A DNA stretch of 64,000 bases from Bacteroidales bacterium (GTDB lineage Bacteria > Bacteroidota > Bacteroidia > Bacteroidales > Muribaculaceae): NCBI GenBank assembly GCA_044433325.1, contig JAWXTT010000001.1, positions 1,470-65,469 of the forward strand. Reading direction: 5' to 3'. Made by a program: the position numbers and the translations under genes. Below are positions 18,706 to 28,300 of the stretch, piece after piece (position 1 is the stretch's first letter; the number at the start of each line of letters is the position of its first letter). The notes beneath the pieces are model-generated. The model worked only from the letters and a program-made list of their open reading frames with translations, was not told the origin of the DNA and did not search any database.

Positions 18706-18849
18706 ATGAAATTAGAAAATTCATTACTTGAGCAAGCGAACGAGTTGCTAAATGTTAATCAAGAGAACATCTCAAAGACTGAGACTGAAACAGTTTCTGT
18801 AAGTTGCTCTGGATGTGGAGCAGGATGTTCTGGTATAGTCGGAGACTAG
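18706..18849 (+). CDS. RiPP precursor peptide 1 (47 aa): MKLENSLLEQANELLNVNQENISKTETETVSVSCSGCGAGCSGIVGD
   Basis: ATG at 18706, TAG at 18847-18849. Not in the ORF track because it is under 60 aa. First of three tandem paralogs with a helical leader-like N-terminus and an invariant Cys/Gly/Ser core. Confidence 0.8.
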   Translation: MKLENSLLEQANELLNVNQENISKTETETVSVSCSGCGAGCSGIVGD

Positions 18850-18875
18850 TTACTAACATTAAATTGACAACAATT

Positions 18876-19022
18876 ATGAAATTGGAAAATTCATTGCTTG
18901 AACAAGCTAATGATTTGCTTGATGCAAATCAAGAGAGTATTGCTAAAACAGAGATTCCAAGTAGCATTAGTTGGAGTTGCTCTGGGTGCGGAGCTGGTTG
19001 CTCTGGAATTGTGGGAGATTAA
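18876..19022 (+). CDS. RiPP precursor peptide 2 (48 aa): MKLENSLLEQANDLLDANQESIAKTEIPSSISWSCSGCGAGCSGIVGD
   Basis: This is the in-frame ATG at codon 25 of the listed 18804..19022 ORF. The core is identical in amino acids to copy 1 despite 9 synonymous codon changes. Confidence 0.8.
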   Translation: MKLENSLLEQANDLLDANQESIAKTEIPSSISWSCSGCGAGCSGIVGD

Positions 19023-19061
19023 GAGCTCCTTAGTTATTAACATTTAATAAACCTTTGAACT

Positions 19062-19205
19062 ATGAAACTTGAAAATTCATTACTTCAGCAGGCTACAGAA
19101 CTGCTAAATGCGAATCAAGAAAACATTTCAAAAACACTTACAGAAACAGTTTCAGTAAGTTGTTCTGGATGTGGAGCAGGATGCTCTGGTATAATCGGAG
19201 ACTAA
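19062..19205 (+). CDS. RiPP precursor peptide 3 (47 aa): MKLENSLLQQATELLNANQENISKTLTETVSVSCSGCGAGCSGIIGD
   Basis: ATG at 19062, TAA at 19203-19205. Not in the ORF track. The core differs from copy 1 only by V to I. Confidence 0.8.
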   Translation: MKLENSLLQQATELLNANQENISKTLTETVSVSCSGCGAGCSGIIGD

Positions 19206-19222
19206 TTCTGTAACTTCTCATC

Positions 19223-19288
19223 GTGAGTCCTCTAACCTTTGAATGTTACTACAATCAAAGTAGGGGACTCGCTTTATAATACTTTTTT
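19223..19288 (+). terminator. Imperfect hairpin plus U-rich tract between the precursor genes and ycaO (possible partial terminator or processing site)
   Basis: 19223-19242 pairs with 19255-19272 (18 pairs including 2 G-U, two 1-nt bulges, 12-nt loop). It is followed by TTTATAATACTTTTTT, which runs into the ATG at 19289. Confidence 0.4.
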
Positions 19289-21097
19289 ATGAAACCTTAT
19301 AAATCTAAATCTCCTCTTGAAACTATAAATAATATTAGAGGGATATTATCAGATATCGGTATTTTTACAACCGAAAATCACATATCATATAGCGATCTTT
19401 TTTGCTCTTGTCGAGTTATTATTGATGACAATATTCAGGGACTTGACATTGGAACAAATGGAAAAGGTATGAATACACAATATGCTTTAGCTAGTGCATA
19501 TGGTGAGATGATGGAACGACTTCAGAATAGAATGTTAGGTTTTGCTGTGATGAAGTTTACAACATCTAGCGTTTTGAAAGATAATCCAAATTTAGAACCT
19601 CTTTATAATATGCTTTCAGCTGAGGGTCTCGTTGGTGATTTCAGGTATTATCCAGACGAGAAGGAGTATTCAGTCTCAAAATCAGAGCTATTAAAACAAG
19701 TTGAAAAATTCTTACCCAATATTTATGGTGTAGATAATGAATCTATACTAAAAAGTAATAAGTATAAATTAATTGAAGCTCCATTTTTCAATGTAAATTC
19801 ACAAAAAGTGGAAAATGTACCTTTATTCTTATTTAGACTAGCAGCAAGTTCTACAGGACTTTGTGCTGGGAATACACCTCAAGAGGCTATACTGCAAGGC
19901 TTGAATGAAATATTTGAAAGATATGTTCTCCAAAGATTATATGTAGAAAAAGTAACACCTCCTACAATTCCCGCAACATATTTTAAAGGAACAAATATAG
20001 TAGCACGACTTGAAAAATTACGACTAACTAAGAACGTTTATTATGAAATAAAAGATTGTTCTCTTGATGGGAAATACCCTGTTATTGGATTACTCCTAAT
20101 TGACAGATCGAATAATACATATGCCTTTAGACTTGGGGCTGACGCTAGTCCTATCATTGCACTTGAAAGGTGCTATACCGAGGCTTTTCAAGGAGTTAAA
20201 GATATCAAGAACCATTTTAGACCAATTAACTTTAATGATTCTTTCGATATTAAACTTGAACACGACAATAATGTTGTAAATGGATCGGGAAAATTCCCTA
20301 ATGAACTATTTCTAAATAAACCATCATATGATTTTAAAGGTTTTGTCTTTAGTGGAAAAGAGTCTGATGAAGCTGAATTAAAATACTATATAAAACATAT
20401 AGAAAATTTAGGATACACTACGTATGTCCGAGATAATTCATTCTTAAACTTCCCTGCATATACTATATTTATACCTGGTCTTTCAGACATATCGGGAGAA
20501 TTGTTAGATTTCTACCAACATTTAGAAGATGCTAATTGCACTTATTCTGCGTTAAAACCTGCATATAATATAAAAAGCCTTAATGATGACGAATTAGTGA
20601 ATTATGCAGCAACTATTGAGAATAATAGTTCTAACAATATATCTCTATTCCCTTATTATATAGGACTACACAATAACATCAATAAGCATCTACTATTGAT
20701 GGGGATCTATTTCAAAACTGGGAATATTCACAAAGCATATAAAAACATGTCCATCTTTTTGACTCATAATGAAAGAACTGGCATATCACAATCAAATTAT
20801 TACTATGCAATTAGAGATTATCTATATTGGAAAAGCAAAGATAAACATGCTAATACTATCACGAGTATTTTATCCAGATTCTATGGTGAGAAAATAGCAG
20901 ATGAAGTAACAACAGATTTAGCAGATCCATCTAAAATATTAGATAATTTTAAGTTCCCTCAGTGTTTTGATTGTCAGAATTGCCCAGCTAGATCAGAGTG
21001 TAAATTCATTGAAATGGTACGAATGGAAAACCGTATCCAAAAAATATTTAAAAGTAATTTGAAAGATCAAATTAATCTAGAAGAGATATTTAAATAG
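19289..21097 (+). CDS. YcaO-domain protein, stand-alone E. coli-YcaO-like architecture (602 aa)
   Basis: N-terminal region ...DIGTNGKGMNTQYALASAYGEMMERLQNR matches the YcaO ATP/Mg-binding signature (compare E. coli NGKGATKKAALASALGEYFERL). It has a long helical TPR-like C-terminal half, and the C-terminus is ...LEEIFK with no PxPxP motif. Confidence 0.8.
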   Translation: MKPYKSKSPLETINNIRGILSDIGIFTTENHISYSDLFCSCRVIIDDNIQGLDIGTNGKGMNTQYALASAYGEMMERLQNRMLGFAVMKFTTSSVLKDNPNLEPLYNMLSAEGLVGDFRYYPDEKEYSVSKSELLKQVEKFLPNIYGVDNESILKSNKYKLIEAPFFNVNSQKVENVPLFLFRLAASSTGLCAGNTPQEAILQGLNEIFERYVLQRLYVEKVTPPTIPATYFKGTNIVARLEKLRLTKNVYYEIKDCSLDGKYPVIGLLLIDRSNNTYAFRLGADASPIIALERCYTEAFQGVKDIKNHFRPINFNDSFDIKLEHDNNVVNGSGKFPNELFLNKPSYDFKGFVFSGKESDEAELKYYIKHIENLGYTTYVRDNSFLNFPAYTIFIPGLSDISGELLDFYQHLEDANCTYSALKPAYNIKSLNDDELVNYAATIENNSSNNISLFPYYIGLHNNINKHLLLMGIYFKTGNIHKAYKNMSIFLTHNERTGISQSNYYYAIRDYLYWKSKDKHANTITSILSRFYGEKIADEVTTDLADPSKILDNFKFPQCFDCQNCPARSECKFIEMVRMENRIQKIFKSNLKDQINLEEIFK

Positions 21098-21099
21098 TA

Positions 21100-21822
21100 A
21101 TGAAAACAAATTACCATACACACACAAAGCGGTGCAAACATGCTTTTGGAGAGGATGAGGAATACGTAAAAAGTGCTATAAAGGGAGGATATAGCATATT
21201 GGGGTTTGCTGATCATACCCCATGGCCATATTTAAAGAAAAATAGTTCAAGTATTAGAATGGAGACAAATCAGCTACCTGAATATGTTTCATCGATAATA
21301 TTTCTAAAAGAACGATTTGAGAATCAGATTGATATTAAAATCGGTTTAGAATGCGAATTTATTGAGAGATATACAACTTGGTTATCAGAGGTAAAGGAGC
21401 AATACAAATTAGACTATCTTCTTTTTGGCAACCACTATCCGTTTGGGGAGAGAGGCCCTCTTTACACATCAAAAGACCATAGGCTATATACGCACAGAGC
21501 CATAAAGGCTATGCAAACAGGAATATATGACTGTATAGCACATCCAGAGATATTGTATAGAGGGTCAGAAATAAGCTCTGTAGATAAAGAGTATTTTAGA
21601 GAGCTATCTCGTGCTGCAAAATATTTGAATATTATTATGGAGTATAACACCTGTTATAAATTCAAGCGAGATCTCTGGGAGATTGTCGCACAAGAGGATT
21701 GTAAAGTGATTATTGGGTTAGATGCACACAAGCCTGAGACTCTTGAAGATGATTCAATATACACAATGGCATTAGCAAATATGAAATCTGTCGGTATTGT
21801 ACCTATAACAAATTTGAAGTAG
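21100..21822 (+). CDS. PHP-domain metal-dependent phosphoesterase (HisJ/histidinol-phosphatase family)
   Basis: N-terminal MKTNYHTHTKRCKHA (HxH metal motif), GFADHTP and GLDAHKP. Confidence 0.7.
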   Translation: MKTNYHTHTKRCKHAFGEDEEYVKSAIKGGYSILGFADHTPWPYLKKNSSSIRMETNQLPEYVSSIIFLKERFENQIDIKIGLECEFIERYTTWLSEVKEQYKLDYLLFGNHYPFGERGPLYTSKDHRLYTHRAIKAMQTGIYDCIAHPEILYRGSEISSVDKEYFRELSRAAKYLNIIMEYNTCYKFKRDLWEIVAQEDCKVIIGLDAHKPETLEDDSIYTMALANMKSVGIVPITNLK

Positions 21823-21827
21823 AGATT

Positions 21828-22565
21828 ATGGGAAATAAAGGGTATAAAAAAGAGATGTGCAATATTTATAGCAAAGAGGGTCAATTCAACTTTGAACAAA
21901 ATCTATTTGAAAATTTTACAAAATATAGCAATGAACATAATATAGTTTACCGAACACATACAGATTTGGGCTGTGGTCTAGGTTATTTTACAGAGTTGAT
22001 GAATAGTCGTGGCATTACTAGTCGTGGTATTGATTTGTCAGAGACTATGATTGAAATGGCAAAATCTAAATTTAGCAACAATTATTATGTTGGAGATATT
22101 TGCAACGTCAAATTACCTAATCCTGTTGATTTAATAACTTGTAATCACAATACAATAAATCATTTGAATACACTTGATAAATGGAAGGAATTTATGCTTA
22201 ATGCCTATTACAATTTATCACAAGAGGGGTATCTGTTGTTTGACTTCAATACGATAGATTATATAGAGACAGTAAGCCACTTTAGTTATAGTCAGTTAAA
22301 CCCCAATCTAGACATCATAAAAATTGTGATACCCAATAATAACTATCAATTACAATTTAGATATATTTTCTATAGTAAGCAGAAAAATGAGTATTACACT
22401 AAAAATATAGAGTCGATTTTAATAACATGTTTTAAAACAACAGATATATTTAAACTAATTACCGAATGTGGATTTAATATACATACCACATGGGATAATC
22501 AATTTAATGAATGCCAGATAGATACAAAAACAATTAGATTTTATATTTTGGCAAATAAACGATAA
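21828..22565 (+). CDS. Class I SAM-dependent methyltransferase
   Basis: Motif I DLGCGLGYFTELM, followed by GIDLSETMIEMA. 245 aa. Confidence 0.75.
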   Translation: MGNKGYKKEMCNIYSKEGQFNFEQNLFENFTKYSNEHNIVYRTHTDLGCGLGYFTELMNSRGITSRGIDLSETMIEMAKSKFSNNYYVGDICNVKLPNPVDLITCNHNTINHLNTLDKWKEFMLNAYYNLSQEGYLLFDFNTIDYIETVSHFSYSQLNPNLDIIKIVIPNNNYQLQFRYIFYSKQKNEYYTKNIESILITCFKTTDIFKLITECGFNIHTTWDNQFNECQIDTKTIRFYILANKR

Positions 22566-22668
22566 AACATTAATATTTTTAGAAAAGGGCTGAGATAGAA
22601 TTATTTTGAAAAAGGCTCTATTCTTTAGATTTTAAAATATCTACAACAATTTAAACACATCTTTTACA

Positions 22669-23541
22669 ATGAAAAACTACAAATTTAATTGGGGAATTAT
22701 CCCCAAAAACAAAGAAGATTTATCGATACTTGTTATAGGCAATAGCTTTTCTTATCAGGTTTTCGGTTTTTGGAATTCGGATATTTTTGTACCCGGAGGA
22801 ATGATTGAGAACTCTACTCATAAGGGTATATATCAGGATTATATTGCTGTTGGTGATCAAACCTATGATAGATGGCTGTCTGACATAGAGAATAAAACAA
22901 CTAATTATTATAATTTAAAAGATAAACTCAATGAGCGACACTGGGACATAATTTGTATGTTGAATACATCTGCTAATTGGGACCCACAACATAACTACCC
23001 ACTGATAGAAATGTTTGCGCAATGGATAAGAGATAATAATAGTAATAAAGATGTTGCCTTTTTTATTTATGCTTCGCCTTCAAGACCTGGAGCTTGTCCC
23101 AAAAATATATACTGTGATAGCACAAAAGAGTTTGAGTTAATAAATGAGGGGTTCCGTACTCTCTCAACAACATATAATATCCCAGAATCAAGAATAATTC
23201 CGGGATCTACTGCTATGCAATATTTACGAAAAACATATCCACAACCAGACGATAAAGAGCTAACAATAGACTATCTACATCCCCAATTCGGATTACCTAT
23301 TTTAGCGACAGGTATAACAAGCTTTATGACAATTATAGGACAAGTGTTCGATAATATTGATTTTGACTGTATCTCTAAAAATATAGTTAGTAACTACAAA
23401 GATAATGATGAATGCAATTTATCTAAGTCAACCCCAAAAGATTTACTTCTTGAAAGCACATTTTTCATAAATATTGATGATAGTAATAGAGCTTATGCTA
23501 TCTCTGCTGCAAAATATGCATTAGCAAATAAATTTAAGTAG
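22669..23541 (+). CDS. SGNH/GDSL-like hydrolase-fold protein (DUF4886-like), tentative
   Basis: The N-terminal block ILVIGNSFSYQ resembles the DUF4886/SGNH block I. Otherwise uncharacterised. Confidence 0.4.
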   Translation: MKNYKFNWGIIPKNKEDLSILVIGNSFSYQVFGFWNSDIFVPGGMIENSTHKGIYQDYIAVGDQTYDRWLSDIENKTTNYYNLKDKLNERHWDIICMLNTSANWDPQHNYPLIEMFAQWIRDNNSNKDVAFFIYASPSRPGACPKNIYCDSTKEFELINEGFRTLSTTYNIPESRIIPGSTAMQYLRKTYPQPDDKELTIDYLHPQFGLPILATGITSFMTIIGQVFDNIDFDCISKNIVSNYKDNDECNLSKSTPKDLLLESTFFINIDDSNRAYAISAAKYALANKFK

Positions 23542-23930
23542 GGAATGATGCATTTTCTTTATGCTCTAATTTACATTATATGTAGATAAAATACAATTAT
23601 GATAAAGAGAGGGCAGATCAAAAGAAATAATAATTTTACTTATTGCTGAGGATTGACCCAAAAGTCCTTAAACCAGAGAAACAACCCTTTCTACAATCTA
23701 TGTAGCAAGGGTTATTCATGTAAAACAGATAATTTGGGGGCTTCCTCATATTAGGGTAAAATATGCCATATTTTTCAGGACTATCGCGTAATACACTTAT
23801 AAGTAATTGGGCGTTAACCTAATAGATTAACGCCCAATCGAGTCAAATATTAATACCAATTAAATAACTAACTTCACAGCCAGTGCTTGCGTCTCATGTT
23901 AATTTAAAGTTTTATATCTTTAGTTTTATA

Positions 23931-25310
23931 CTATTTACTTTTTAGATATTCATTAATGCTCTTGGCTGCATCACGACCAGATGCGATAGCACGTACCACA
24001 AGCGAAGCTCCCGAGGTTGCATCACCTGCAACGAATACACCTTCAACAGATGTATGATTCTTAGCATCACGCTTAATGTTTTTACGTTCATCTAGCTCTA
24101 GTGATAATGTTTCAATGATACCTGCTTGCTCAGGATGTACAAAACCCATTGCCAACAATACCATATCAGCTTTTAATATTTCGGTTGATTCATCAATCAT
24201 TGATTTAACCTCGACCTCACAAACTTCACCTTGTGCATTACCAATAAATTTATTAGTACCCAATGACCAACGTCTTTCGCATCCCTCTTTATGAGAGCTA
24301 GATGTTTTTAGAATCATTGGATAGTTAGGCCATGGTGTAGCAGGATTAGTTCCTACTGGAGGCTTAGGCATAATCTCGATTTGAGTAACCGATGCTGCAC
24401 CTTGACGAATTGATGTACCAACACAGTCCGAGCCTGTATCACCACCACCAATTACCAATACATGCTTACCCTTAGCAGATAACGCATCACTCTCATCCAC
24501 AACCCAACGAGCTGCAATAGCTCTATTTTGGTTTTTCAAGAATTCAAGTGCGAAGTAAACACCCTTCAATTCACGACCCTCAGCCATTAAATTTCTAGGA
24601 GTACCTGATCCTATTGTTATACAGACTGCATCAAATTCCTTAACAATATCAGCAATATTTTCAGCTACATTACTATTACATTTGAACTCAACACCCTGCT
24701 GAGCCATAATATCCATACGTCTATCAATAACCTTTTTAGACAGTTTGAAATCTGGAATACCGAAACGTAACAGACCACCAGGTTGTTCATCACGTTCAAA
24801 TAGTGTTACACTATGACCAGCCATACTTAACTGATTAGCACAAGCTAACCCAGCAGGACCAGAACCGATTACAGCTACCTTTTTACCAGTTGATTCAGCA
24901 ATTACAGGTTTAACATAACCCATTGCGAATGCTTTCTCAATAATTGATTTTTCATTCTCACGTATAGTGATAGGCTCATCATACTGATTAAGTACACACC
25001 CCATTTCACACAATGCAGGACAAACCCTACCTGTAAATTCTGGGAAATCATCAGTTTTCTGAAGATTCTCATACGCCTTACGCCATTCACCTTTATATAC
25101 TAGGTCTTGCCACTCTGATTGGTGATTGCCCAATGGACAACTCCAATGACAGAAAGGAACACCACAATCCATACATCTTGATGCTTGAAGAACTCTATCC
25201 TCCTCACCTAGTGTTTGCTCCACTTCACCGAAGTCTAACACTCTCTCCTCAACTGGTCTATAACCAGCTACTTTTCTCTTTATATCTATAAATCCTCGTT
25301 TATTTCCCAT
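23931..25310 (-). CDS. gltD: Glutamate synthase (NADPH) small subunit
   Basis: N-terminal Fe-S Cys motifs (CMDCGVPFC, CPLGN) and FAD/NAD folds VAVIGSGPAGLACA and VLVIGGGDTGSDC. Confidence 0.93.
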   Translation of the reverse strand: MGNKRGFIDIKRKVAGYRPVEERVLDFGEVEQTLGEEDRVLQASRCMDCGVPFCHWSCPLGNHQSEWQDLVYKGEWRKAYENLQKTDDFPEFTGRVCPALCEMGCVLNQYDEPITIRENEKSIIEKAFAMGYVKPVIAESTGKKVAVIGSGPAGLACANQLSMAGHSVTLFERDEQPGGLLRFGIPDFKLSKKVIDRRMDIMAQQGVEFKCNSNVAENIADIVKEFDAVCITIGSGTPRNLMAEGRELKGVYFALEFLKNQNRAIAARWVVDESDALSAKGKHVLVIGGGDTGSDCVGTSIRQGAASVTQIEIMPKPPVGTNPATPWPNYPMILKTSSSHKEGCERRWSLGTNKFIGNAQGEVCEVEVKSMIDESTEILKADMVLLAMGFVHPEQAGIIETLSLELDERKNIKRDAKNHTSVEGVFVAGDATSGASLVVRAIASGRDAAKSINEYLKSK

Positions 25311-25321
25311 TGTCTCCTGAA

Positions 25322-28300
25322 TTAATAGTCGCGTTCAACTTGTGAAATCTTATCTTGTAAAGCCTTCATCTGCTCCTCTTGAAGCACACGTTTGTACTCA
25401 ATAGGCGTTACTTTGATAAAATTCTTTAATAATAACTCATCATCTAATACTTGTGCAGCAATCTTACTACCAGTATGTTTGTAATGTTTGCTAATTAGCG
25501 ATAGTAATTCAGCCTTATCAGCACTATTATCAACAAGTGATAATTCCACCATCTCCATATTACATTTAGCATCAAAGTTGCCATCCTTATTCCAGACATA
25601 AGCAACACCACCACTCATACCAGCACCGAAGTTACGACCAGTATAACCTAGTACAACCACACGACCACCAGTCATATACTCGCAACAGTGTTCACCTGCA
25701 CCCTCAACAACGGCATGCACACCACTGTTACGTACGCAGAAACGTTCACCTACGCGACCATTAATATAAACCTCGCCCGATGTAGCACCATATAACAATG
25801 TATTACCTGCAATCACATTTACATGTGGAGTAAACTCAGCTTTCTTATCAGGAACTACGGTAATTTTACCACCTGAAAGACCTTTTCCTAAATAGTCATT
25901 AGCCTCGCCATAAAGTTTGAATGAAACACCTTTTGAAAGGAAGGCACCGAAACTTTGACCAGCCGAACCTGTAAAGTTAACCTTGATACTATCCTCAGGT
26001 AATCCATCTTCACCATATTTAGCAACCACTTCACCTGCTAGGGTTGAACCCACAGCACGGTCAGTATTAGTGATATTTAAATCAAGTTCAACCTTTTCAC
26101 CAGTCTCAATAGCTGAGCTAGTAGCATCAGCTAATGCAGCTTTAATCTCAGTCACAGGATCTTTTATCTGAGTAGTTTCACGTCTTAGTGGCTCTTTACC
26201 AACAAATTCAGCTCCATGAACTATTTTTGAGAAATCAATCTTATCTATTTTACTATTACCAGTAGCCTCACGCTCTTGAATCAAGTCAACACGACCAATT
26301 ACATCATCCAATTTGGTGAATCCCATCTCAGCAAGTGCTTCACGCACATCCTCAGCTAAGAAATTAAAGAAATTCACTAGGTAATCAGCATCACCTCTAA
26401 AACGTTCACGCAATTTAGCATCCTGAGTAGCAACACCCACAGGGCAAGTATTTAAGTGACATTTACGCATCATCACACAACCAAGAACAATCAAAGCACT
26501 AGTTGCAAATCCAAACTCCTCAGCACCCAGTAATGCCTCAACTATTATATCATGACCAGTCTTAACCTGACCATCCACTTGAAGTGCGACACGTGAGCGC
26601 AATTTATTCAATACCAATGTTTGTTGAACCTCAGATAAACCTATTTCCGAAGAAACACCTGTATGGCGGATAGAACTCATAGGACTAGCACCAGTACCAC
26701 CCTCGCAACCACTAATGATGATAGCATCAGCCTTAGCTTTAGCCACACCTGCCGCGATAGTACCAATACCACTTTCAGATACTAACTTAACACTAATTCT
26801 AGCTTTAGGGTTAACATTCTTCAAGTCATAAATTAATTGAGCCAAATCCTCGATAGAGTAAATATCGTGGTGTGGAGGTGGAGAAATCAATGAGATACCA
26901 GGTATTGAGTGACGTGTTTTAGCTATCACCTCATCAACTTTAAAACCAGGTAACTGACCACCCTCACCAGGTTTAGCACCTTGAGCAATCTTAATCTGAA
27001 TTTCATCAGCATTAACCAGATAGTTAGCAGTAACACCGAAACGACCCGATGCAATCTGCTTAATAGCACTACGGGCTGAAGTTCCATCTTCACGAGGAGT
27101 GAAACGACGTACATCTTCACCACCTTCACCTGTGTTACTCTTACCACCTAAGCGATTCATAGCCACAGCTAGAGCCTCATGAGCCTCCTTACTAATTGAG
27201 CCGAAAGACATAGCACCTGTAACGAAACGTTTAGTGATAGCCTCAACTGGTTCAACTAATGAAATATCTATTGGGTTACTCTTATAAGTCAATCTATCAC
27301 GTAGGAAGATTGGCTTATGATTATTAACAATCTCAGTATATTCTTTAAACATCTTATAGCTACCTAAGCGTGTAGCAATTTGAAGTTTAGATATTGTTTC
27401 AGGATTCCAAGCATGTTGTTCACCTGTTTTTCTATAAGCATATTGTCCTAAATCACCTAGCTCCTCATTCTTATAAGCGGCACAATGGAAACGATAGATA
27501 TCATTATAGATATCCTCCAAATCTGCGCCACCTATTGCTGATGAGATTCCAGCAAAGTATTTATCAATAAGCTTTTGTGATAAGCCAACCGCTTCAAATA
27601 ATTGAGCACCACGGTAAGAACCGATAGTTGAGATACCCATCTTAGAGATAACCTTCAACAATCCTTTACCCACAGCCTTAATATATTTCTTTTCAGCAGT
27701 AGCATAATCAAGAGCTAATACTCGCTCCTTAACCATATCATTGATAACTGCAAAAGCCATATATGGATTAACAGCACTAGCACCATAACCTAATAGTAGT
27801 GCGAAATGCATAACCTCACGAGCCTCACCAGTTTCAACGATTAAGGCAGTTTGTACCCTCTTACGTTTTGAAATTAAGTGATGATGAACAGCAGATACCG
27901 CCAATACTGATGGGACAGCAGCCATATCTTCACTAACACTACGGTCTGAAAGGATAATATAATTAAACGTTTCATCAACCGCATTTTCAGCCTCAGCACA
28001 TAAACGAGAAACAGCAGCTTCTAATCCAGCAGCACCATCAACCACAGGGAAAGTCATATCCAACGTTTTAGTTCTAAAACCTTTATAGTCGATATTCCTA
28101 AGAATATCCATATCACGATTAGTCAACACTGGTTGTTTGATATGAACCATCTTACATAGCTCCTCAGTTGGAGTTAATAGATTCTTATCAATAGCACCGA
28201 TATACCCCTCTAATGACATCACCAATTGTTCACGAATTGGGTCAATAGGTGGATTAGTTACCTGAGCAAATTGTTGACGGAAATAGTTAAATAGCAATTG

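Noticed and set aside
18804-18875. The N-terminal 24 codons of the listed 72-aa ORF (MLWMWSRMFWYSRRLVTNIKLTTI)
   Set aside because: This part overlaps the end of precursor 1 in another frame and is not conserved in the other two copies. The conserved MKLENSLL start is at 18876.
18671-19288. Three units of about 170-186 bp, considered as a CRISPR-like or non-coding array
   Set aside because: The units are far longer than CRISPR repeats and each encodes an intact paralogous ORF with synonymous-only core divergence. There are no short repeat-spacer periodicities anywhere in the window.
23806-23838. 12-bp-stem hairpin (ATTGGGCGTTAA...TTAACGCCCAAT) downstream of gltD
   Set aside because: There is no U-tract on either strand, so I did not call it a terminator. 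It may still be a structural or protein-binding site.
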